From positions 248,001 through 312,000 of the forward strand of contig RSEE01000002.1 of the NCBI GenBank assembly GCA_003971905.1: a stretch of DNA of 64,000 bases. The letters run 5' to 3'. A program made the position numbers and the translations under genes. Under the pieces are notes generated by a model. It was not told the DNA's origin. It made no database searches and was given only the letters and a program-made list of their open reading frames with translations. Shown here one piece after another: positions 11,703 to 22,278 of the stretch (position 1 is its first letter; each line of letters begins with the position of its first letter). This stretch comes from Moniliella sp. 'wahieum' (lineage: Eukaryota).

Positions 11703-14356
11703 TTAGACTTCCGAGGTGCCGTAACACTTTCCCCATGATGAAGAATTTGGCTTCCATCGGAGCTGTATGAGAGAGAGGAAGCGTTGCAAGCTGCGGTCCC
11801 GCTTACACAGCTCTCTCGACCTGAACAACGTCAAGATAAAAGCTTTGGCGGAGCTCTTGTTGTACTTTGCCATGCTGGGAAAAGTAGGCCAGGACTGTGA
11901 CTTGCCCGGAATCAGCGACAGAGGTGGCGTGCCTTGGAGTACATTTTTCAATGTGTAATCCTCCCACTGGAGCCATTCGGGAGCCTCTTGGAGGTGGAAA
12001 GAAGCGTAAATATCGGAACTGGGTACGATTGGGTCCCAAACTCTTAGTTTCCAAGTTAATTTGACTCCGGCATTAGCGCGAATAGGGGCGCCCGGGATCC
12101 GCCGAGTAAACTCACGGAACTCCCAGCCTCCTTGTGGGCGCTTGCGTGCATCAACAATCCAGATGTGGTTTCCACGCGATTTGGACTTGCGACCCTCACT
12201 ATTGTACCGAGCGATGAGTGGTTGGGACCACAGGAACATTTTGAGTTTCTGGGAACTCACTCTCATCCCCGCTGCTTTGACCTGGTGGGAAAATGAGTTG
12301 GTGAACGCTTGAATCCGAAACCGAAAGGGACGGAAGTCAGGTGACCCGTCCAAGCGGGCCATGCGCTTGGCCATTAAGAGCTGATGTACAGGGTCTCCGT
12401 CAGGATCTTTGTAATCCACTGGAACCACATTTTCGTCAGAGCACCGCTACCGAAAAGGAAGTGGTATCACTCACAGTCCGAGCAAAGGGAGTTCAGAAAC
12501 TCTAGCAGCAACTCTTCTAACTGAGCACAGAGTTGTAGTCCGAGTGAAGACCCCACGGTTTCCTCTTCGGCTGCTGCAAGGAGCTTCTGAGATTGGAGCA
12601 CACCAGCAAATTTTCCAGAGACTTTGTTTGGTCCTGGTGTTTCCTCTGTGGGGAAGGTGGCCCCAAGGAGCTGGGATTCATAGAGCATACGGTTTCCCGG
12701 AAACGGTAGCAGACTTGCCTCATCCGGCCTGGTATTATGCACGTTTGGATCCAGGTCAATAGGAGCCAAAGAATCGGGATGATAAGAAAGTAACGCAGCA
12801 GCTTCGTCCCTATTATGCTTCGATGATCTTTTTCCTCTAGTGCGCGAACATTCGGGGTAGGCCTCGAGCTCACATCCTTTTTTTGTCTCTGTAATTATCT
12901 TCGTACTGCTCGTATCGATAACAGATACGGGACCGCAGGTGATCTGTTGAGCCAAGTTAAAGTTTTTTTCATCCCCCCTTGGCATGTTTGCGCGGGTTGT
13001 CGTCGCAAGAACTGATAAAGGTGGTTCCCGGGGGAGGATTGGAGTAGATGTATGGACGAAAGAAGGTGGTAAGGAGGTGAGGGGATTTTTTTCCGGGTCC
13101 CAGTGGTATCGGATGTCTTCCATCATCGAATCATTAGGACAGGTGAAGGAGGGCAGGGTCATGTCGCAAGAGGAATGAAAATGCCAAGGTTTGTTCATCT
13201 GCCTTTGACCTTTTGAAGAACTATACAGAGACAGGTCAAAGTCAGAGGAAGGCTCAGGCCTGTGGGCTAAATATCCTCGCTGGAACCGTCGTGCAGACTT
13301 ATTGGTTAAATCTGCCGGCAGAAATAGGTTGTCTTGCTCATCTGTCGGAGCCCTGCGTTTAAGTGTTCCAGACGACTCCAGAGGTTTTAAATGTCCACGT
13401 GAAGTCGTCACTGTTGATGCGGGCATACCGTTCCATCGAGAATGAAAACATGAGGTGCTTTCGTTTGATGTCCATTGTTCGTCTCGAACGCCCTTTGTGT
13501 GTTCAGCCCAGGATTGGAGTTGATTCACAGTTCCCTCTAGGTCTTTAAGACAGGTTTGGGAATGGTCATGTTTGCCTTGGGAAAAGTGGGTGCGCGCGGA
13601 GGCAGCGAGACTGACGAGCCGATCCATGAGCCCGTCAAGCGGGGTTTTGTCTGTTTGAGCTTCTGATGAGGAGAGGTGGGTGGGCGTTTTGTATCTCTTA
13701 GGGGACTCAAGGGGGCAAGGCGTGTGAAGACCAGTGCTATTAGGCGTAGCGAAAGGAGAGCCCCCCCAAGACAACAGTAGAGACTCTTGACTCCTGAGAG
13801 AAATAGGAGAGGGGTGGTGGGATTGGGGGACGTAGAAGGGTATGTCCGAAAAGGGTGAAGCCAAGGCTGTTGCTGGGGTGGGAGCAGAGACTGCGGCTGT
13901 GGCTGGGGCGAGGGGTCGGGCCGGTGCTACTGACGGAGAAGTGATGGGTTCTGAGGAGGAAGGCAGCGAAGAGTGCACCTGACTACTGAAGGCCAGTCGT
14001 TCCACAGGCAAGTCTAGCGTGGCCGCAGGGGTGTTGGGGATAGGTCCAAAGATCGGGAGAAGTAATGATGGAGAAAAAGAACGTCTTCCGTCATCGGGTA
14101 TGCCCGTGGCGCTGGCAATCATGTGTGACCCTCCCGGGTCGTGCTGCATGGCAATTGCATTCAAGCTTGTAGCACCGGTAACACAGTCTCCAGAAGCAAC
14201 GAACGAGCTGGGATCCAAGAGCGCCGCTGTGGTGGTGGGTATGCCAAAGGAAGGGATGGAGACCGATACGGCGCTGCCCGGCGATTGTTGAGGGTGAAGA
14301 AGAGGATGGTACTGAGGCCGAAGGGACTCTGGCTTGCCATATTGGATGGAAGGCAT
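11703..14356 (-). CDS. uncharacterised fungal protein with long low-complexity N-terminus and globular C-terminal domain
   Basis: ORF 12467..14608 (likely start MPSIQYG at 14356) joins ORF 11703..12428 through intron 12419-12474 (GTGAGT..CTGAC..CAG), giving LCSDLDYKDPDGDPVHQLLMAKRM..FRPFRFRIQAFTNSF..KSKSRGNHIWIVDA. The 3' end is uncertain. Confidence 0.7.
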
Positions 14357-15708
14357 GTTGAAGTTGTTGGGGTCACAGGTAAAGGGGAAGCGTCGAGCCC
14401 GAATCGTGCGGTTTTGACAATGTGTGTGCTGCAAGTAGAAAAGCAAGGGACAGAGGAGAAAGGTGTGTGTGAGTGGGAGAAACTGCAGGACAAGGGAGAG
14501 AGGTGATGAGAAAAAAAAGGAGGAAAGAGCGAACCATTTTTGGATCAAAAAGAGTGTGTACAGCCGAGGCGATGAATGAGATTGTTGCTGGCCTATTCCT
14601 GTGCACATCAGTCCTCATCGACCTCATCCCTTCATATCACCCCTATTCTGTCCGACGCCCCTACAAGCGGATCATTACCCTCGTTATTAGCAAGTTCCTC
14701 TAGCAAGTTCCTCGGAAGCATTCATGCGACGAGCTTATGCGCGATCGCAACAAAGAGCTGCGCCGAAGAGGTCGGAGAACGCACGCTCCTATAAAGCACA
14801 GGCACTGTGTGCACCCTCTGGAAGTGGAAAGCGCTGCGGGTGAAAGCTTAACGTGCGGGTCTATGCCCCACCATGAAGCTGCTGAAGGGAAGGCGTGCGC
14901 ACACGAGAATACATTGGCACATGTGCTCTATAGTCTATCTCTGAACATGCTGGGAAGCCCCTGATGCCGGCCTGATATCATGTTAATTGGGGGGTTGAGA
15001 GTGGCGGACCGTGCGCATCGTATCTCTCTTCGTGACACAAAGTATTGAGCGATGAGTGACTGTTGCATAGTATACCACAAAAGTACAGCTACCACTCATA
15101 CTTATTCAAGCTTATTATTCAGGCTTCAAGCTTCAAACTTCTCACTGGTACCATTCTTATATAGACGGAGCTTCGATTTGCGCCTCTCTCTCATCTGCTT
15201 TGAAACGCAGTAGTATATGTAGGAGTGTTTTCGCCGCCGCGGCGCTTTTTGCGGACGAGAGGGAGAGAGACTGTCGGATGGTTGATGAGCGGGTCGGTTT
15301 AGGCGTAGCGTTTCTTTTTGTCCCACAGCCTTAAGGTCTGTCAATGACACGGTTGCAGTATAGAGCACTTAATCCGACGGGGCTATTGTTTTAGCGCTTA
15401 TTAGCGCTATTAGCGAGGATGCAAGCGAGGCTGAGCTGTAGGTGCACATGTAGCTGAATCATCAATCACAGTAGAGTTAAATGACGGTAAACCTATTGAC
15501 TGCAAGCAGCACGTTCAGAGCAATTTTCAGGGTGTGATGAAATGCGTCCACGAAAGTTTCAACAATGAACGGTTCCTTTGTCCCCGCCCTATCCCTTAGG
15601 GACACGTACGTAATATTCGGCGCATTGCCTGTGGAGCCGAGTGCGCCTGGCCAACCAGTTCGCGCATACCAACTCCCAGCCCGCAACGCCACCATCACCG
15701 CCTCCTGC

Positions 15709-16251
15709 ATGATGGTCCGACCAGGCAATCGGTCCTGTACATTGATATGGGTATGCGCAACGATGGTTGCGCTTTCCTTGGCGTCTTATACCCAGGCTGC
15801 GGCCTGCACTGGCACGTACACAGTCCAAGCCAACGACACTTGCAACCACATTGGCTATGTCACCTCTACCTCGACCTATCAGTTGATTGCGCTTAATCTC
15901 CAACACACGGGCCACAATGCGAACAGCTTCAAACAGGCACAGTACGTCTGCATTGTTCCAGGTTGAATAGCAACGCATACTAACACCGGCCAATAGACAC
16001 TGTGCTTGGGCGAGTTTGGCTCAGACTGCCAGGTGGTTCACCAAAGTGGACCTGGGGAGACATGTGCTTCCATCGCGTCTGACTTTGGCACCACAGTTGC
16101 CATGATCGAAACAACAACCCCACCATGGGTGGGTGCAACAACCTCTACCCTGGCCTCATGCTCTGCGTGGCGCCCGGACGTATTCATCCCCGACGCCTGC
16201 GAGCCTGCACTTGCCTTCTTGATTGACTCTCAGCCATGGGGTCTCAGTTGA
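15709..16251 (+). CDS. small secreted LysM-domain protein (2 LysM repeats)
   Basis: Signal-peptide-like segment LIWVCATMVALSLASYTQA, then LysM1 CTGTYTVQANDTCNHIG..TYQLIALN. An intron follows (GTACGT..CTAAC..TAG, ~15942-15995), then LysM2 DCQVVHQSGPGETCASIASDFGTTVAMI. The 3' end is frameshifted. Confidence 0.8.
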
Positions 16252-17196
16252 CTGCGTTGTTACCTCCTGCTCGTGGAGTTGCGCGTGTCTGTTGGATGCC
16301 CACCCCTGTTGCGTACTGTTATTTGCTTTGATACCCACATTTCTTTGCCAATCTTATTACCCTCATTTCGCCATCCTATCTTCCCGCCCCCCAGAATCCG
16401 TGCCGGGGTGAGTGATACAAAAAGTCTGGACCTGGTCTACCAACAGCCCATGTGGGGGTAATGCGAACCGATTTGGACTAGTGTCATATGTAGATGGAAG
16501 GATGAGTGGAAACGAGAAAGATGGTTGGGCAGCAAGCAGAAAGGGCGGGCCAAGATATGAGCCCGGCGGGCTTTGGTTAGCCGGCGCGACATACCTGATT
16601 CTCATCTCGTCTCAAGAATGTCCGAATCTGCGCTAATAACAGGTCCGATGGGGCGCAACTAATTCTGTACGGTAGAACCAGCCCAAAGTGGGTTGCCGCA
16701 ATCGGACCCTTCAACAACAAGCTGGTTCCCCTCTGCCTCACTGTGATGCAGAGGAATTGCAGGTGTAGGGGCAGGGAGGCTAAGCGGCAGATCTTCAGCA
16801 TCACTCTTGGTGGGCACACTCCTTACCAGGATAGTAGGTTCGTTGAAGCTGCGGGCGAATGTAACCGGACCCAAGCGAGAGACCGTTCATCATGGTCACA
16901 GATCCTACAGATATACTCAACAGACTATCAAGAGTTGCTTTTGGAGAGCAAAACCCTCATTCATTTTGTGCAGCGTCCGGCTCAAGTCGATGAACGAAGC
17001 TTAGGGGAGGTAAGGGGTTGTAGTTGGGCATACAAGGGCTTTGTCTCGACATAAGGGCATGGCAATAAACCAAGAGGATTGACCCCATCAAGCCGCTCGT
17101 GGGGTAAGCGGGTTGGTTCTACTCGTAACCAATAAAGCAAGGTGCATCTGCATCTAGCTAACCGCGGCTCAAAGAAGCCAAGTGTACCGAGAGCAC

Positions 17197-17648
17197 TTAG
17201 GCGACAAGCGTCGAGGCGGTGGCCGACTCGTACTTGAAGGTAGGGGGCACAGCACCCTTGGCCTTGTAGTAACGCGTAAGACGGTGAATGCGCGACTCGA
17301 TGAGAATCAGGCGGAACTTCGAGTCCATGTCCTTGCGGTTGCGCTCGAGGTGCTTGCGCACCGAAACGGCCTTCTTGATGAGGTGGTACAGGTCCTCGGG
17401 GATCTGGGGCGCAAGGCCCTCCGACTTGAGGATACGGAGGATCTTGTTGCCCGTCACAAAGCGGACCTGCGCAATGCCCTGCGAGTCACGCCTGCACACC
17501 GATCTGAGAGGGGGTAAGACCCTTACGCGCCAGCTTGAAGATCTGGTTGGCGACCTCCTCGGGGTGGCCTTGAGCCACGAGGGGGCGAGCGCCTGTAGGG
17601 CAACGCCGAAGACGAAATGCCCTTACCCTTACCGTACATACGACCCAT
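17197..17648 (-). CDS. RPS13: 40S ribosomal protein S13 (uS15)
   Basis: [102 protein letters not shown]. It carries small indels, and a 5'-UTR intron at 17655-17743. Confidence 0.97.
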
Positions 17649-17743
17649 TTTGAACTGGTGGGGGAGAGAAAGAACGCAACAGTGGTCAGTCAAACCATCC
17701 TCCTTCCAGGCATGCTGGGATCGCAGGCCAAGCGTTAACTCAC

Positions 17744-18020
17744 TGAAGTTGAACGGCTTTGCTTGCGTAGCTGGTAACAGAGGGAGCGGCAAAGACGAAG
17801 GCTAGCTATGGATGCTGTCAATTATTGCTGCGGCCCAAATACGCCAAAGAAAAATAGGGTTAAATGCGCTCATACTGTCGCCACGCTGGGGAAAGCGGGT
17901 AGGGTTGGAAATCCAGCACTGTGCTGCTATGCTGCGGACTGTGCAGCTTGGGCGGGACGCTGATGGCGAGTGTATCAACTGGAGTGTACATCTCCACCGA
18001 CACCAAGCTCAGGCGCTCAG
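17744..18020. promoter_or_regulatory. bidirectional RPS13/RPS6 promoter with telo-box/HomolE-like motifs
   Basis: Head-to-head ribosomal protein genes, with TAGGGTTA at 17855-17862 and GGGTAGGGTT at 17897-17906. A similar TTAGGGTTAG lies upstream of RPL13 at 63678-63687. Confidence 0.55.
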
Positions 18021-18131
18021 GTACGTTACGCGCTCCTTGGGACGTTGGATGGGGCCTTCATCCCGTCCTGTTCTCTCGTTGCGATTGTAGGTGAGCTGAC
18101 TGTGGTACTTTAGTCCTCTTTTCTGCCCAGC

Positions 18132-18861
18132 ATGAAGCTCAACTTTGCCAACCCTGCCACCGGGGCTCAAAAGAGCTTCGAGATTGACGATGACCGCAAG
18201 ACCCGCATTTTCTGGAGAAGCGCATGGGTCAGGATGTTGAGATTGATGCTCTCGGGGACGAGTTTAAGGGCTACGTCGTCCGCATTGGCGGAGGTAACGA
18301 CAAGCAGGGTTTTCCCATGAAGCAGGGTGTGCTTGTGCCGCACCGTGTCCGTCTCCTGCTTTCGGAGGGCCACTCGTGCTACCGCCAGCGCCGCACCGGT
18401 GAGCGCCGGCGCAAGTCGGTCCGTGGGTGCATTGTCGCTGCCGACATTGCTGCGCTCCACCTCGTCATCGTCAAGCAGGTGAGCAGGAGATCCCGGGCCT
18501 GACGGACGAGGCTAGCATCGTGCCTAAGCGTCTCGGTCCCAAGCGTGCCAACCACATTCGCAAGTTCTTCAACCTGACCAAGGAAGACGATGTGCGCCAG
18601 TACGTGATCCGCCGCGAGGTTGTGCCCAAGGGCGAGGGCAAGAAGCCTTACAACCAAGGCGCCTAAGATCCAGCGCCTCATCACGCCTGTGCGCCTGCAG
18701 CACAAGCGCCACCTCTTTGCGCTCAAGGTGCGCAAGCAGCGTGAGCAGGCCGCCCAAAAGGCCGACTACGAGAAGCTACTCGCCTCGCGCAGTGCGGAAA
18801 GGCTGCGGCTCACCACGCTCACCGTGTCGCTATCGCCGAGGCTAAGGCCCAGCAGGCGTAA
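18132..18861 (+). CDS. RPS6: 40S ribosomal protein S6 (eS6)
   Basis: [87 protein letters not shown]. It has several 1-bp frameshifts, and a 5'-UTR intron starting at 18021. Confidence 0.97.
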
Positions 18862-19109
18862 GTCTCTGTGGACACCCTTTCTCCCATTGCAGCCATACCC
18901 AACCTTGTCCTATGGCTGTTTCCAGTCAAAGAAGGTAATGGGCTGGATTTATCCTCCCTCGGGTCGTCTTCGAGGCCCCTTCATTTCCCCCTTCCTCACT
19001 TCCTTGCCCGAATTCGGTGCAAGGCGGGGTTGTACCTCGTACAGAATACTGTCCTCCCAAGGGCTGCTTCCAAAACATAGGCGCTATGCTATGCTCCTCT
19101 CAAACGTAT

Positions 19110-21184
19110 TCATTCGCGAGCGGCGATCAATCTGTCGTAGCTTGGTAGTGTTTCGATTCTTATATGCGTGGATCTTGTCGGAACGTCAAGCGAACAATGG
19201 GGACGATGAGGTATGGCGTAGAAACGGGTTAGGAGCCAAGCAGGGTATGAGGAAAATGGCCCTGCCGCACGTTGGACACTGGGCCATAAACAGTTACGAC
19301 GGACGAAAGAGAGACCAGTCTTCGATATGCAGTGTCCTCGCAGCGGCAAGGAAGGATTGGTAAAAGTGTGCTTCTTCCTCAGTCTCTGGTGGAACAAGAA
19401 ACTGAAGCCACGTAGGGGCGGGAAAGGATCGGTACGATGTGGATCTGAGGCAGGGGGCACTGCCGCCGACTCAGGCTGTCCCGCCAAGGACAACCCCAGT
19501 GCAGCGCCGGGTGCGTCGACCCTGGTTGGCTGCTCCGTGCTTTCCGTGCGTAAAAGGTGGGGGCGTGCGCGACTAGTAAAACCATAGTGATCTGAATGTC
19601 GCTTGAACCGGGCGAAACCGGAGGAATAGAGAAAAGGGCAATGTGAACAATACGTTGAGGACCTCGGAGCCCCCGTCCTTCCTCTTGGTCGGGCCTCGAA
19701 GCCCGTCAAAAGTGGTTCTGCCACCGTGGGGACAAATTCGGTTGAAGCTGTCCCGACGGGGGGCGGTCTTGCGCCTCCCTCCGCCCCCCAGGCGGCATAA
19801 TCACCTGTAGTCCAGAAAGTAACCAAGGTTGTGGAGTGCGCGATACCTGCCCTGGCTGCCATGTTACGCGAGAGGGAGCGACCCAGCAACTGCCGGGTCT
19901 GTCCCCTCCGTTGGAGGCGGTGGTGCAGTAGCCGCCCCCCTGCCACCGGGAGGTGAAAGGGGCGCTCCATCGGAATGGAAACTCCAACCGGAAGAGTTTG
20001 TGTCGGCCGGTCGGAACCAGCCGGGCGAGAACTGGGAGCAGCCGAAAGGAGGGAAGGAGGCGTGGCAGAGGGTGCCGATGTAACCAGCCGAGCTGTCATA
20101 GTAGGGGCTGCAGCTGCCTCCAACGTCACGACGGTTGCCGCTGCGGGCGAAATGAGAGAGGGTGGGGAGGGAGAAGGGGCGGTAGCCCTGACTTCGGGCT
20201 CTCCATGAGATGCTGCAGCCGGGGAGGGCGTGGCCTGTAATGGTGATGGAGAGGGGACGATGCTTGTGCTTGATACTGCACTACGTTGAGCGCCGCCCTC
20301 TAGTAGCACCCCTTCAGCGTTCACATCGGACTGGCCACTGCTTTCGCTGATGCTCATTCCGCTGAAACTGCTTGACGCTGGAGAAAAGGAAGAGGATGTC
20401 AATAAAACCCGTGTACCCAGATAAAAACACACAGAAGAGAGACATAGGATTACCTTGCGCACCATTTGTTGTACCGGTGGACAGCCTCGTACTGCACCGT
20501 TAGACCCGCACCTCCGTTGCTACGGGAACCAGGGCTGTGGTTCCCGTTGCTATCGCCGTTGCTAAGGTTGTTGATGACTTGATTAGCACTTGAACCCACA
20601 CTAGGACCAGAGTGTTGGTTGCGAGAAGCCAAGTGACGACGGAGGGACGAAGTATGGCCCGATGAAAACCCTGATGAGCTGATGGCGGATTGGACCCCGG
20701 AATAGTAGCCGGAAGCTGTAGAGTCCTCAGTCCTTACAGATTCTTCCGTTGTTGTCTCTACAACTCCTGGTGAAAGAGGAGAGTCACTTGGTCCGGGTCT
20801 GGGACTGACATCAAACCGGGTGGGCAAAGGAGAAGGGGCGAGGGCAAGAAGATCCATCAACACTGGCTCGCTGAGTATTTGGAAGCGACCAATGCCAGAC
20901 CGGTGCGACAGAGCAGCGAATGACCTTCTTATGGAAGCCGCTGTCGCATTCCCCGGGTTCCTTGCGTCCCCAAAGGTCAAGAGTGTGGCTTGAGGGGGGG
21001 CAGAGGCGACACGCTCTTCTTCCAGAGGTTGATGTGAAGGAGGATGGGTGGGAGACACATGGGCCGAGGGGGGAGGGACGAGGAGGGGGAGGTGATCTGT
21101 TGAGCCAGAGCTCGATGATGGAACCGTCTGAGGTAGACACGAGGGTTTCCTTGTTGGATGGCTCTCGTCGGATGGCGCGAGCAT
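19110..21184 (-). CDS. hypothetical Ser/Pro-rich protein(s)
   Basis: Two long abutting ORFs (20450..21184 and 19110..20465) with a plausible intron at ~20378-20452. No family was recognised and the boundaries are uncertain. Confidence 0.4.
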
Positions 21185-22278
21185 CGATAAAGCCAGACGG
21201 GAACGACGGTTATGCGTCCGGAGAAGAGAGGCCGACGGTAACCATCGTCAGTCTCCTGCTGGCCTACTGTCACATCCTCGAACAATGGGTCGAGGTGTTG
21301 TGTTGGGGTGCAATATCACTGTCGCCTGGCATGGCCTCCAGTTGGGCGTACGAGGGGCTTTACTTGTGGGTTGTGTGGGAAGGCCACAGGGAGAAGGCGA
21401 CGATGCTGAGGTGGCGGCGTGTTGGTGGGGAGGCTGAGCGAGGGGAATGCTGAACGGGGGTTTTCACATTGCCCTCTACCCAACGCCCGACACGGAAGTG
21501 GCGTCGCTCATGGTTGCTCTGGGTACGAGAAGGGTCCGGGCGGCGGTGGTTGACGCATGTGGCAGGGATCTGGCGCTGTGATTTTTTGTCGACAATGCGC
21601 TGTTCTGTTAAAAGCGCAAATGTGGTGCTGCCGTAGGGTGCCTGCCGCTTGAATGAGGCAGCTGCCGCCTCTCTCGCATGCTGGTATAGTCACTACCTGT
21701 TAGTCACTGTGGCCGTCACGAAGGGGGCAGCGCAGGCAGCGTGTGTGAACGTGGGTGTCGGATGGAAGAGCCGATGGCGCCACTTGCCCATCAGCAGTTC
21801 GTCTCGAGTAGTCACTGGTCCCTGATGAACGGACTCCTCAGTACTCAGTCTCAGTACTACTGAGTACTGAGTGGTGGTGGACTGAGTACTGACTCCGAGT
21901 ACTGAGGACGGGCTGTCTTCCGCGGTGCCGTCAGATCTCAGAGGCCAGAGGTCAGAGAGAGTGCGTCGCCGGTTCATGGACAGACGAGCCTCTTCTACTC
22001 CCGCGTCACGCGTCATGTCGTCATACCCGTTCCCCTATTTATACCAGTGCTTCTGGTCCCTGGCGGCGGGAGTGTGCCCACTGGTAATGTTCAAACATCG
22101 GGCCGCACTAGGCCAGAGCAGGCCGGGCTCAGCCTCGTCTATCGTCCGAGTGCGTCAGGGCAGGTGCCAGCCACTGGCCAAGGCCAGCGCGCTCAGCAGA
22201 GCCGCGCGAGGCGCATCGCACACACAGCTGCACCAGATCCACCCCACCGCCCTCTCTTCCTACCCGCCTCCGCCGTCG

